Shown here in pieces: positions 26,868-37,051 of a stretch of DNA of 64,000 nucleotides (position 1 is the first letter of the stretch; every line of letters starts with the position of its first letter). The position numbers were made by a program, and so were the translations under genes. The notes under the pieces were generated by a model. That model was given only the letters and a program-made list of their open reading frames with translations, ran no database searches and was not told the DNA's origin. This stretch comes from Polyangiales bacterium. GTDB taxonomy: Bacteria; Myxococcota_A; Polyangia; Polyangiales; Polyangiaceae. The stretch is from NCBI GenBank assembly GCA_038230375.1, contig JBBRNJ010000044.1, positions 9,157 to 73,156 of the forward strand, given 5' to 3'.

Positions 26868-28628
26868 ATGACGAACAACGAAAACCCTTCGAACCCCCGC
26901 TCGCTGATCCCGGACACCGTCCGCGCAGACACTGCGCCCCACCACTCGGCGGAGCAGGCGATCATCGATGGCAGAAAAGCCACAGCTGAGCGCGCGCGTG
27001 AGAGGAAGGAAAACCCTTTCGCCAACGATGTGGGCCCGAAGACCGCAGGCGCCAGGGCACTGGACATTGGCGCCCTCCGCGCCGAGATGAAGGACGCGCG
27101 CGGCACCGACGGCAAGTACGACGAGGCGAAGGTCAAGGGCCTCGCAGGCGCCTCCGTCTTCCACGTGAAGGGGCGCCTCATGCGCAATGCGCCCACAGGC
27201 GGCCTCACGTTCCTCAAGGTCCGCGACCGCACCGGTGAGCTGCAGCTCCTGGCGAGCGAAGCGGCAATGGGTGCAGAATACACACGTCTCGAGGACCTGG
27301 ACGTGGGCGACATCGTGGAGGCCGAAGGCACATTGGTGGTCAGCAAGCGCGGCGAGCTCTCCGTGGAGCCCACGCGCGTGCGCCTGCTCACGAAGGCGTT
27401 CCGTCCGCTGCCCGAGAAGTGGCACGGCCTTTCGGACGTGGAGACGCGCTATCGCCAGCGCTACGTCGACCTCATCGCGAACCCCGCCGCGGCGGAGGTC
27501 TTCCGCGCGCGCAGCCACATCGTGCGCGCCATGCGCAGCGTCTTCGACGAGGCTGGCTTCCTCGAGGTCGAGACGCCCACGATGCATACGCTCATCGGCG
27601 GCGCCGTGGCGAAGCCGTTCAACACGCACCACAACGCGCTCGACATGAACCTGTTCATGCGGATCGCGCCGGAGCTCTTCCTGAAGCGCCTGGTGGTCGG
27701 CGGGTTCGAGCGCGTCTACGAGATCGGCCGCTGCTATCGCAACGAAGGCCTCTCCACGCGCCACAATCCCGAGTTCACGATGCTCGAGTTCTACCAGGCG
27801 TACGCCACGTACGAGGACCTGATGAACTTCACCGAGGTGCTGCTCCGTCGCATCGACGGCGAGCTCGCGCGCGTGATGCCGGAGACGCACGCGAAGTGGA
27901 AGACCGAGCGCCCCTTCACCATCGACGTGCCCTTCATGCGCGTGCCCATGGCGGACGCCGTGCGGGCAGGCGCGCACAAGACCGGCATCCCCGCGTGGAT
28001 CGAGGCGACGGATCGCAAGGGCGAGCAGAGCAGCGACCACGCGAGCGGCATGGGCCTGGTCGCCATGCTCAAGCCCGACTTCGTGGACCACATGAAGGAG
28101 TGGAGCAAGACCGGGCCGCGCGCAAAGGCCGTGGACTGGGGCAATTTCCGCAAGGGGTTCCTCAAGTGCGAGAACGACGGCGAGCGCCTGTTCTGTTGCT
28201 ACGAGTACCTCTGCGAGCCGTTCCTGCCCGAGGACTACAAGGACGCGCAGAGCGGCAAGAGCATCCCCGTCTTCATCAAGGACTACCCCTACGAGACATC
28301 GCCGCTCGCGCGCAGGAATGACGCGCGCCCCGAGCTGGTTGACCGTTTCGAGCTCTTCGTACACGGGAAAGAGCTCTGCAACGCGTTCAGCGAGCTGAAC
28401 GACCCGGACGATCAGGCCGCGCGGTTTCGCGACCAGGTCGACAAGAAGCAGAAGGGCGCCGAAGAGACCATGGACTACGACGAAGACTACATCCGCGCGC
28501 TCGAGTACGGCATGCCGCCGGCCGCGGGCTTCGGGATGGGCGTCGATCGCCTCACCATGTTCCTCACCAGCTCGCAGTCCATCCGCGACGTGATCCTCTT
28601 CCCGCTGCTCCGCCCGGAGCACGTGTAA
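26868..28628 (+). CDS. lysS: Lysine--tRNA ligase (class II)
   Basis: PLPEKWHG, YRQRYVDL, YRNEG..RHNPEF, ELCNAFSELND and GMGVDR. Confidence 0.97.
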   Translation: MTNNENPSNPRSLIPDTVRADTAPHHSAEQAIIDGRKATAERARERKENPFANDVGPKTAGARALDIGALRAEMKDARGTDGKYDEAKVKGLAGASVFHVKGRLMRNAPTGGLTFLKVRDRTGELQLLASEAAMGAEYTRLEDLDVGDIVEAEGTLVVSKRGELSVEPTRVRLLTKAFRPLPEKWHGLSDVETRYRQRYVDLIANPAAAEVFRARSHIVRAMRSVFDEAGFLEVETPTMHTLIGGAVAKPFNTHHNALDMNLFMRIAPELFLKRLVVGGFERVYEIGRCYRNEGLSTRHNPEFTMLEFYQAYATYEDLMNFTEVLLRRIDGELARVMPETHAKWKTERPFTIDVPFMRVPMADAVRAGAHKTGIPAWIEATDRKGEQSSDHASGMGLVAMLKPDFVDHMKEWSKTGPRAKAVDWGNFRKGFLKCENDGERLFCCYEYLCEPFLPEDYKDAQSGKSIPVFIKDYPYETSPLARRNDARPELVDRFELFVHGKELCNAFSELNDPDDQAARFRDQVDKKQKGAEETMDYDEDYIRALEYGMPPAAGFGMGVDRLTMFLTSSQSIRDVILFPLLRPEHV

Positions 28629-30491
28629 GTGTTCTTCGTCTTTCTCCTCATTGCGCTGATCCTGTCGCCGGACTTCCGATCCACGTACGTGCGCGCGGTG
28701 CCGGTGCTGCGCACCATGTCCGTGATGCTGGGCATCGTCGTGGGCCTCTTCTGGGCGCTCGTCCTGCTCTACATCGGCATGTCCAGCCCGAGCGTGCTGG
28801 GCCAGCCGTTCATCTGGGCGGCGCTCGCGGGCACCTTCCTGGGGCTCGCGAACCTGCTCTGGATCGATGGGCCCATCGCGATCTTCATCGTGCTCGCAGT
28901 GTTCCGCGTCTGCGCAAAGTACTGGGGCACGCTCTCCAAGGTGCTGCTGGCGTACTTCGGACTGCAGTTCGTGGTGCTCACGTTCGTCGCGATCCGTCTG
29001 CCGGAGCTGAAGGGCTCGCAGTGGAGCCTGAAGGACACGCTGATCCGCGCAGGCGCGCTTTTCAGCGGCCAGTGGGTCATCCTTCTACTGCTCGGCATGT
29101 CGTTGCCGTTGATCCTGAACGTGCTGGAGCAGGGCAACTTCATCACATTCGTGGCCGCGCGCCACGTGCGGGGTAAGAAGAGCGGCTTCCTCACGGTCAT
29201 CACTGTCCTCTCCATCCTCGCAGTCACGCTGTCCACGGGCACGCTCTCCAACGTCGTCAGCGTGATGGATGGCTTCAGCCAGGACCTGAAGCGGAAGATC
29301 CTTGGCAACAACGCCCACCTCGTGATCGACCAGACCAGCCAGGCCGGCTGGTCCGACTACGAGGGCGTGCTTGCGAAGGTGCGCGCGCAGCCTGGCGTCG
29401 TCGGCGCCACGCCCGTCGTCCACGGCGAGGTGATGATGTCGTCGTCGTCCAACCTGGCCGGCACGATCGTGCGCGGCGTGGACCCCACGAGCATTCGCTC
29501 CGTCATCGACCTGGGCGCCAACATCGAGATCGGGAAGTTCCAGTACATGGAGCACCCGGACGAGCTGAACCATCTGCCCCCCGACGAGGTGATCGGCATG
29601 GGGCCCGGCGGCGAGCGCTATCTGAAGGGCGTGGACACGCCGTTCCTCACCGACGACCTGGACCCCGTGGTGCGCGGCGCCCTGCAAAACAGGCCTGATC
29701 GGCCCGGCGTGATCATCGGTCGCGAGCTCGCGAAGACACTCCACGTCTACGTGGGGGACGACGTCACGCTGGTCTCGCCGCTCGGCGATCTGGGCCCCAT
29801 GGGGGTCATGCCGCGCACCAAGAAGTTCCGCGTGGCCGCGATCTTCTTCTCCGGCATGTACGAGTATGACGCGAGCCATGCGTACGTGCTCATGGACGTG
29901 GCGCAGGACTACTTTGCCATGCAGGGGAAGATCACCGCCATCGACGTGAAGGTCGACGACGCGGAGCGCGCGGACCTGCACACGCCGCTCCTCGCCAGTG
30001 CGATCGGCCGCCAGGATCTGCGGGTTCGCGACTGGCGCGAGATGAACAAGAACCTGTTCTCGGCCCTGAAGCTCGAACGCATCGCCACGAACGTCATCCT
30101 CTCCATCGCCATCCTGGTCGCCAGCTTCTGCATCATCTGCACGCTGCTCCTGATGGTGACGGAGAAAGGAAAGGAGATCGCCATCCTCAAGGCGCTCGGC
30201 GCAAGTGACGGCGCCATCCTTCGCACGTTCCTCCTGGAGGGCGTCATCATCGGCGCCATCGGCACGGTCTTCGGGGTGGCCAATGGGCTCGCCGTGGTGC
30301 TCGGGCTGAAGTGGTTCGGGCTGCGGCTCGATCCAGATGTATATTACATCGATCGCTTGCCCATCTCCGTCAACGGCTGGAACTTCGCGACGGTGTCGGT
30401 CACTGCGCTGGGGATCTGCACGATCATGACGATCTTGCCCGCGTACGCGGCGTCGCTGGTTCGCCCGGTCGACGGCCTGCGCTACGAATAA
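28629..30491 (+). CDS. lolE: Lipoprotein-releasing ABC permease LolC/E with multi-TM N-terminal extension
   Basis: [40 protein letters not shown] and PVDGLRYE. Confidence 0.9.
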   Translation: MFFVFLLIALILSPDFRSTYVRAVPVLRTMSVMLGIVVGLFWALVLLYIGMSSPSVLGQPFIWAALAGTFLGLANLLWIDGPIAIFIVLAVFRVCAKYWGTLSKVLLAYFGLQFVVLTFVAIRLPELKGSQWSLKDTLIRAGALFSGQWVILLLLGMSLPLILNVLEQGNFITFVAARHVRGKKSGFLTVITVLSILAVTLSTGTLSNVVSVMDGFSQDLKRKILGNNAHLVIDQTSQAGWSDYEGVLAKVRAQPGVVGATPVVHGEVMMSSSSNLAGTIVRGVDPTSIRSVIDLGANIEIGKFQYMEHPDELNHLPPDEVIGMGPGGERYLKGVDTPFLTDDLDPVVRGALQNRPDRPGVIIGRELAKTLHVYVGDDVTLVSPLGDLGPMGVMPRTKKFRVAAIFFSGMYEYDASHAYVLMDVAQDYFAMQGKITAIDVKVDDAERADLHTPLLASAIGRQDLRVRDWREMNKNLFSALKLERIATNVILSIAILVASFCIICTLLLMVTEKGKEIAILKALGASDGAILRTFLLEGVIIGAIGTVFGVANGLAVVLGLKWFGLRLDPDVYYIDRLPISVNGWNFATVSVTALGICTIMTILPAYAASLVRPVDGLRYE

Positions 30492-31369
30492 TGGCTTCTG
30501 TGCTAGGAACAGCCCCCGTGGATAAACCGGTCCTCGTCGCCCATAACGTGAAGAAATCGTTCTCCCACATGGGGAACGAGCTCGAGGTCCTGAAGGGCAT
30601 CGACCTCACCATCAACGAGGGCGAGGTCGTCGGTATCGTTGGTCAGTCCGGCGCGGGCAAGTCCACCTTCCTGCACTGCATCGGCACGCTGGACATCATC
30701 ACGTCGGGCTCGCTCAAGATCGCGGGCGAAGAGCTCACGACGATGAACAACGCGCGGCTCGCCGATCTGCGCAACCGCACCATCGGCTTCGTGTTCCAGT
30801 TCCACCATCTGCTCCCGGAGTTCACCGCGCTGGAGAACGTGGTGATGCCGGGGATGATCCAGGGTCGCCCGAAGAAGGAGATGGAGCAGCGCGCGCGTGC
30901 GTTGCTCGAAGAGGTGGGTCTTGGCAACCGCGCTTCACACCGCCCTGGTGAGCTCTCAGGTGGCGAGCAGCAGCGCGTCGCCCTTGCACGCGCGCTCGTG
31001 CTCGAGCCCAAGCTCCTGCTCGCGGACGAGCCCACGGGAAACCTGGACTCCGCGACCTCCAGTCAGATTCACGAGCTCTTCTTCGAGATCAATCGCGTGC
31101 GCAGGACCACCATCGTGATCGTCACGCACAACCGCGAGCTCGCGGCCAGCATGCCGCGCGTCATCACGCTGCGCGACGGCCGCGTGGAGACGGACGAGCG
31201 CCGCGACAGCGCCTATCGGTCGTCCAGCGCCCCCAACGCGACGCCGCTCAAGAAGGAAGACGCCAAGCCCGAAGCAAAGCCCGAAGCAAAGCCCGAAGCG
31301 GACGCGAAGCCCGAAGCGGACGCGAAGCCCGAAGCGAAGCCCGACGCAGCGACCGTCGTCGCCCGCTGA
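30491..31369 (+). CDS. lolD: Lipoprotein-releasing ABC ATPase
   Basis: [25 protein letters not shown] and [13 protein letters not shown] coupling; C-terminal (D)AKPEA repeats. Confidence 0.92.
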   Translation: MASVLGTAPVDKPVLVAHNVKKSFSHMGNELEVLKGIDLTINEGEVVGIVGQSGAGKSTFLHCIGTLDIITSGSLKIAGEELTTMNNARLADLRNRTIGFVFQFHHLLPEFTALENVVMPGMIQGRPKKEMEQRARALLEEVGLGNRASHRPGELSGGEQQRVALARALVLEPKLLLADEPTGNLDSATSSQIHELFFEINRVRRTTIVIVTHNRELAASMPRVITLRDGRVETDERRDSAYRSSSAPNATPLKKEDAKPEAKPEAKPEADAKPEADAKPEAKPDAATVVAR

Positions 31370-31450
31370 CTGACGTTATTTTCTGCGGAAATCGTCGGAT
31401 TCGTGGGTTGTACCTGGCGTGCGCGCCGCCAAATACTAGAGTGCCATCCC

Positions 31451-32563
31451 ATGCGCTCTCTGGCTTTTGCCCTATCCGTTGCTGGCGTTGGCGCGCTTCT
31501 CTTCGCGTGCTCCAGCTCTTCGAGCTCGAAGGGCTTCACGGACCTCGAGGGCGGTCCCGGCGGCGGCTTTGGTGTGGGTTCGGATGGCGGCAGCGGCGGT
31601 GGCGGCATTCCCGGCGTGCAGGTCGACAAGAGCGCGGCGTGTGACATGGGGCTCGCAGTGGATGGCGACGCGACCTCGTTCGCGAAGGCGATCGGTATCT
31701 GCAAGACGGCAGCGATGGACGGCTACGGTCTCGTGTCGGCCCAGTACTCGAAGGCCTACGGAAGCGCGAACCCGCCCGTGAAGGGCCAGTGGGGCCTCTT
31801 GCCCAAGTTTGGTGATGTCATCGTGCCGCGCGAAGGCGGCGCGTTCGGCGCGCTCAGCTCCGGCATCGCGCGCGAGTACGACGATCTCAGCGGAGGCACC
31901 ACGCAGTTCTGGAAGGGCACGCCGCTGTACTCCGGCTCGGATGCCGCCGGCGCCGTCCCCATGGGATTCCCCAAGGCCGCGCAAGGCTGCGACCAGGACG
32001 GCAAGGTCAACGACATGATCAACGTGAGGCTCACGCTCACCGCGCCCATGGACGCGGGCGGCTTCCAGTTCGATTTCAACTTCTACTCGAGCGAATGGCC
32101 GAACTTCGTCTGCTCGAACTACAACGACGCGTTCATCGCATACCTCACCTCCAACTCGGTGAAGGGCGACAACATCTCTTTCGACTCGAACAACAACCCC
32201 GTCGCGGTGAACAACAATTTCTTGAACCGCTGCACGCCGAACACGGGTGTCGGCTGCTCGAGCCAGAAAGGCGCGGGCGCCCCCATCGGCACACCCGCCA
32301 CGTGTATGGGCGGCGAAGCGGAGCTCCAGGGCACGGGCTTCGGCCCGAAGGCCACCACCGGCTGCACGCTGAAGCAGCTTGCCACGGTGGGCGGCGCAAC
32401 GGGCTGGCTCACCACCCAAGCCCCGGTCGATCCCGGCGAGACCTTCACGATCGACTTCATGATCTTCGACGCAGGCGACGAAGCCCTCGACTCGAGCGTG
32501 CTCATCGACAACTTCCAGTGGCTCGGCGGAAACGTATCCACCGGCACCACCCGCCCGAAGTGA
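31451..32563 (+). CDS. Choice-of-anchor-L-like surface lipoprotein (paralog 2)
   Basis: LFAC lipobox; FDFNFYSSEWPNFVCSNYNDAF. Confidence 0.8.
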   Translation: MRSLAFALSVAGVGALLFACSSSSSSKGFTDLEGGPGGGFGVGSDGGSGGGGIPGVQVDKSAACDMGLAVDGDATSFAKAIGICKTAAMDGYGLVSAQYSKAYGSANPPVKGQWGLLPKFGDVIVPREGGAFGALSSGIAREYDDLSGGTTQFWKGTPLYSGSDAAGAVPMGFPKAAQGCDQDGKVNDMINVRLTLTAPMDAGGFQFDFNFYSSEWPNFVCSNYNDAFIAYLTSNSVKGDNISFDSNNNPVAVNNNFLNRCTPNTGVGCSSQKGAGAPIGTPATCMGGEAELQGTGFGPKATTGCTLKQLATVGGATGWLTTQAPVDPGETFTIDFMIFDAGDEALDSSVLIDNFQWLGGNVSTGTTRPK

Positions 32564-32566
32564 GAA

Positions 32567-32636
32567 GTCGAGGTCGAGGTCGAGGTCGAGGTCGAGGTCG
32601 AGGTCGAAGTCGAAGTCGAAGTCGTCGCGTGACGAC
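32567..32636. repeat. Intergenic hexamer repeat (GTCGAG)6(GTCGAA)3 followed by a short inverted repeat
   Basis: Nine units at 32567-32620, then GTCGTC-GCGT-GACGAC. Confidence 0.9.
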
Positions 32637-32763
32637 GGTATTTTCCAAGAATGCGAGCACCACCACCGCCACCAGGCGCCCTGCGGCCTGCGGCTGAGCA
32701 CGATTCGCGCCTGTTTCGCGAGTGGGACTGGCGCGTGGCCACGTGTCCGTTAGAGTGCAATTC

Positions 32764-33912
32764 ATGCGATCTCTTGCTCTCGCCCTCGGTTTCGCTGGCA
32801 TCGGCGCGCTCCTCTTCGCGTGCTCCGGCTCCACCAACAGCAACGGTTTCAGCGACTCGAACGGTAATGGCAACGGCGGCGGCGGCGGCGGTCCTGGTGG
32901 CGGCGGCTTGCTGGGCGGCGGCAACAGTGACGGTGGTGGTGGTGGCGGTGGCGGTGTCACCGGCCAGGTCGACAAGACGGCGGCGTGCGACAACGGCCTC
33001 GCGGTGGATGGCGACGGCGCGGCGTTCGCAAAGGCGATCGGGATCTGCAAGATGGCCGGGACCGACGGATACGGTCTTGTCTCCGCGACCATGTCGAAGG
33101 CATTCGGCTCGAACTCGGCGCCCGTGAAGGGTCAGCTGGGCATCCTTCCGCAGTTCGGCGGCGCCATCAAGCCGCGCGAAGGCGGGTCCCTTGGCGTGCT
33201 GAGCTCCGGTCTTGCGCGCGAGTACGACGATCTCAAGGGCGGCAAGACGGAGTTCGTGAGCGGCATGCCGCTCTACGGCCTCTTCGGCGGCGGCAGCCCC
33301 GCAGGCAAGGCGCCTCCGGGCTTCCCCAAGGCGGCCATGGGCTGCAAGCAAGACTCCAAGGTCAACGACATGATCGACGTGAAGCTCACGCTCACGGCCC
33401 CGAAGGACGCGACCGGCTTCCAGTTCGATTTCGATTTCTACTCGAGCGAGTGGCCGAACTACGTGTGCTCGAACTTCAACGACGCGTTCATCGCATACCT
33501 GACATCCACCAAGGTCCCGGGCGACAACATCTCCTTCGACTCGAACAACAACCCGGTCGCCGTGAACAACAACTTCTTGAACCGCTGCACGCCCAAGACG
33601 GGTGTTGGCTGTGACGGCAGTGGCATGGGCAAGCCCAGCTCCACCGCGGCATGCGGCGGTGGAGAGACGGAGCTGCAGGGCACCGGCTACGGCGGCACCG
33701 CCGACACCGACTGCACCTCGCCGCAGAAAGCCAGCGTTGGCGGCGCCACAGGCTGGCTCACCACACAAGCCCCTGTCGCTCCGGGCGAGACGTTCACCCT
33801 CGAGTTCATGATCTGGGACGCGGGCGACGAAGTCCTCGACTCGAGCGTCCTCATCGACAACTTCCAGTGGATCGGCGGAAACGTCTCCACCGGCACCACC
33901 CGCGTCAACTGA
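32764..33912 (+). CDS. Choice-of-anchor-L-like surface lipoprotein (paralog 3)
   Basis: LFAC lipobox; tandem duplicate of 31451-32563. Confidence 0.8.
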   Translation: MRSLALALGFAGIGALLFACSGSTNSNGFSDSNGNGNGGGGGGPGGGGLLGGGNSDGGGGGGGGVTGQVDKTAACDNGLAVDGDGAAFAKAIGICKMAGTDGYGLVSATMSKAFGSNSAPVKGQLGILPQFGGAIKPREGGSLGVLSSGLAREYDDLKGGKTEFVSGMPLYGLFGGGSPAGKAPPGFPKAAMGCKQDSKVNDMIDVKLTLTAPKDATGFQFDFDFYSSEWPNYVCSNFNDAFIAYLTSTKVPGDNISFDSNNNPVAVNNNFLNRCTPKTGVGCDGSGMGKPSSTAACGGGETELQGTGYGGTADTDCTSPQKASVGGATGWLTTQAPVAPGETFTLEFMIWDAGDEVLDSSVLIDNFQWIGGNVSTGTTRVN

Positions 33913-33928
33913 GGTCTCGCAGGGCCGC

Positions 33929-34843
33929 CTACCAGCGGACGACCACAGTTCCGGGTGTACTCGTTGCTTCGCAGTGCTCGACTGCGACGACGACTTGCGC
34001 GGAGATGGAGCCCGTGGGCTCTTTCGAGGTGACCTCCACGCGTGGGACGACTTGCTCGGCGCGCAGACCCCGCAGGATGTCCGGGGGGCACGTGAGGTGG
34101 ACGTCGACCTCGGCGGGCTGGGTGCGGCCCTTCGACTGACCCACGACGGCGACCGCGAGCTTCGTGAACGGGCGCTCCGCGACCTCGCGCATGATGTCCG
34201 TGGTGACTATCACCGTGGCGGGCTCCACCTTCAGGCGCGAGGAGAGCTTCTCCAGCGCGAGACGCTTCGTGTAGGTGCCCTCGCTGAGGCCGGTGACGTC
34301 GAACGCGTCGGCGCGAACGTGCTGGAGAACGGCGGCCTCGCTCATGGCGCCGCGGACCTTCACGAGCGGCGGGTCCGGTACCGGGATGCCGCGCGCGACA
34401 TAGCCCTTGTACGGCGTGCCGACGACGCTCACCTGGACGGGCACGTCACGCGTGATGCGCTCCTCCCACGTGAGGTCAAGGCCGGGGGGCTCGAACTGCT
34501 CGACCTCGAACTTCACGCCCGCGGGCCCTTTGACCATCTTCGTCTCGAAGTTGACGTGCTGCTGACGGCCGTCCGACACGTCGATCAGAAGAGTGACGGC
34601 GTTCGCGCGCAGATCGTCGATCGACTGGTTCGAGCCGCGGATCGTGAGCCGCACGTTCTGCGGCATGTTGCTCGCGAGGACGCGGTTCGCGCTCTCGGGC
34701 GGGAGCACGGCCTCGAGCTCGACCACGATGGAGCGACGCGAGTCCTGACCGCCATGCACGAGCGAGTAGAGGACGACCGCGAACAGGAAGCTTATGACCT
34801 TCAGGTTCCAGTTCTCGAGCAGGATGCGGCGGAGTGTCTCCAT
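33929..34843 (-). CDS. cdaR: CdaR/YbbR-like regulator
   Basis: NWNLKVISFLFAVVLY N-terminal TM, YbbR-like beta repeats; downstream of cdaA. Confidence 0.85.
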   Translation of the reverse strand: METLRRILLENWNLKVISFLFAVVLYSLVHGGQDSRRSIVVELEAVLPPESANRVLASNMPQNVRLTIRGSNQSIDDLRANAVTLLIDVSDGRQQHVNFETKMVKGPAGVKFEVEQFEPPGLDLTWEERITRDVPVQVSVVGTPYKGYVARGIPVPDPPLVKVRGAMSEAAVLQHVRADAFDVTGLSEGTYTKRLALEKLSSRLKVEPATVIVTTDIMREVAERPFTKLAVAVVGQSKGRTQPAEVDVHLTCPPDILRGLRAEQVVPRVEVTSKEPTGSISAQVVVAVEHCEATSTPGTVVVRW

Positions 34844-34853
34844 GTCTTGTGCG

Positions 34854-36011
34854 CTACTGCTCCGACTGCTCGGAGTCGGGCGAGCCTTCCGCCTTGTGGG
34901 CGTCTGCGGCCGAAGGCGGCGGAGGCGGGCGCACGCTCATGGGCGTGGGCTCGATGGGCGCGGCGGGTGCCATGAGATGCGTCTCCGGTTCGCGCGGGGG
35001 CGACGCGGAGATGGGCACGGACTCCGGCGCGGGCGGAGGCACGCTCGGCCGCTGCGTGTTGGAGAGTGACACCGACGAGATGGGAAGCGGCGTGTGCATC
35101 GCCGAGAGCGGGAGTGGCGTAGGGATCGAGCGCAGGGCGGGGATCATGGGACCCGGCGTGGGCGGACGCATGCTGCCACCGCGACGCTCTCGATCCGGTC
35201 CCGGCTTCTTCGCCTTGCCACGCGCGTTCTTTCCGAACAGACCAAGGAGAGCCTGCTTGAGCGACGCACCGTCCAGGCCGCTCACGATGTTACCGTTGAA
35301 GCAGAAGCTGATGGTGCCGCGCTCCTCGCTGACGACCACGACAACGGCGTCCGTCTCCTCGGTGATGCCGAGCGCGGAGCGGTGACGCGAGCCGAGCGAC
35401 TTGTCGAGCACCTTGGTATCCGGCATGGGGAAGAAGACGCCGGCCTTGGCGACGCGAAAATTTCGGATGACCACCGCCCCGTCGTGCAGCTTGTTCACGC
35501 CCTCAGGGATGAACAGCGACACAAGGAGGTCACGCTGCACGGCCGCATCCAGCTGGGTCCCCTGCCCGACCACGAACTCATCCAGGTTCGCGTCCTGCTC
35601 GAAGCAGATGAGCGCGCCCATGCGGTGACGCGCGAGCTCCGTGGCCGCGGCAACGACCTCGTCAATGACCTTGGTCTCCTGCATGCGGTTGATGCCGCCC
35701 AGGAACGCGCGCGAGCCGACGCGCATGAGGCCGCGACGGATGTCATTCTGGAAGACCACTACGACAACGAGGATGATCGACGAGAGGAGCGACGAGAGCA
35801 GGTTGACGAGCGTGATGAACCCCGCCCACTTCGCGATCACGTAGACCACGAAGATGACGCCAAGGCCCGTGCCCATCTGCATCGCACGCGTGCCGCGCAG
35901 GACAAGGAGCGCGCGGTAGATGACGTACGTGACGACGAGAAGGTCGATCAGGTCCTTGAAGATCTCGTACGGGCTGCGAGCCTGGAAGAGGTGAAGAAAC
36001 CCCTCGATCAC
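34854..36011 (-). CDS. cdaA: Diadenylate cyclase CdaA
   Basis: Three TM segments, VVFQNDIRR, LHDGAV, GSRHR and VSEERG. Confidence 0.93.
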   Translation of the reverse strand: MIEGFLHLFQARSPYEIFKDLIDLLVVTYVIYRALLVLRGTRAMQMGTGLGVIFVVYVIAKWAGFITLVNLLSSLLSSIILVVVVVFQNDIRRGLMRVGSRAFLGGINRMQETKVIDEVVAAATELARHRMGALICFEQDANLDEFVVGQGTQLDAAVQRDLLVSLFIPEGVNKLHDGAVVIRNFRVAKAGVFFPMPDTKVLDKSLGSRHRSALGITEETDAVVVVVSEERGTISFCFNGNIVSGLDGASLKQALLGLFGKNARGKAKKPGPDRERRGGSMRPPTPGPMIPALRSIPTPLPLSAMHTPLPISSVSLSNTQRPSVPPPAPESVPISASPPREPETHLMAPAAPIEPTPMSVRPPPPPSAADAHKAEGSPDSEQSEQ

Positions 36012-36919
36012 GGGACACCCCCGCCCACCCCATGGCCGGTATGCGTGTAGAGTACAACCGATAGATCCAGCGCCTGGCGCGTCTCGCGGACGTCATGCAC
36101 GCGCACGATGCTCGCACCTGCGCGCGCCGCGAACTCGGCCGCGAGGATGCTCGGGCCCAGGCGGTCGTCGGAGCCGGCGCGCCGGTCGACCAGCGTGAGG
36201 AACGACTTGCGACTGGCGCCGATGAGCACGGGCGCGTCCGCTCCAGACACGAGTTCCGCGGTGCGACGGAGCAGCTCCATGGAGTGCCGCGCAGTCTTGG
36301 AGAAGCCGAGCCCGGGGTCCATCACGATCGCGTCGTGAGGAACGCCGCGCGCCTCCGCCTTCTTCCGCGCGGCGCAGAAGTCTCTGAGGACCTCGGGCAC
36401 GATGTTGTCATACTCGGTCTCGGTGACCGCGGTTGCTCCGCGCATCAGCTCTTGCGGGTGCCGCGCGTGCGAAAGGATGAGCGCCGCGCCCGCGCCGAAT
36501 GCCACGTCCGCGAGCGTGGGCTCGTGGAGGTTCGACACGTCGTTCACGCAGACTGCGCCTGCGTCGAGGCACGCGTGGGCGACCTCTGGGAGGGTCGTGT
36601 CGATCGAGACGACGGCGCCTTTGTGGGCCGCATAACGAACGACCTCCAGCACGCGAAGGAGCTGCTCGTCCGCCGGCACCGGCTTCGCACCAGGTCGCGT
36701 GGACTCGCCGCCGATGTCGAGGATGTCAGCGCCCGCCGCGAGCAGCGCGTCGACCCGCGCGAGCGCATCCGCACGCGAGAGGTAGCGACCCCCGTCGGAG
36801 AACGAGTCAGGTGTCACATTGCAGACGCCCATGATGGCCGCACAACGACGCGCGCGGGCCTTCGAGATGACCTCGAAGAACCTCTCTCTGCGCGTTCCGC
36901 CCGTGCCGCCGCTGATCAT
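36008..36919 (-). CDS. folP: Dihydropteroate synthase
   Basis: MGVCNVTPDSFSDGG, DIGGESTRPG, DPGLGF, GASRKSF and RVHDV; GGAGG RBS. Confidence 0.95.
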   Translation of the reverse strand: MISGGTGGTRRERFFEVISKARARRCAAIMGVCNVTPDSFSDGGRYLSRADALARVDALLAAGADILDIGGESTRPGAKPVPADEQLLRVLEVVRYAAHKGAVVSIDTTLPEVAHACLDAGAVCVNDVSNLHEPTLADVAFGAGAALILSHARHPQELMRGATAVTETEYDNIVPEVLRDFCAARKKAEARGVPHDAIVMDPGLGFSKTARHSMELLRRTAELVSGADAPVLIGASRKSFLTLVDRRAGSDDRLGPSILAAEFAARAGASIVRVHDVRETRQALDLSVVLYTHTGHGVGGGVP

Positions 36920-37051
36920 GGACACACCTCCGCCGACAGCGGCGACGGCGTGTGACCCGCAGGCTCTCGCACGCAGCCCCGCACTTCTCTTGGTATCAAG
37001 CGACGCATCGGCCTGCAACCTTTGTGCTAGGTCTCGAAAAGAACGCGTTCC

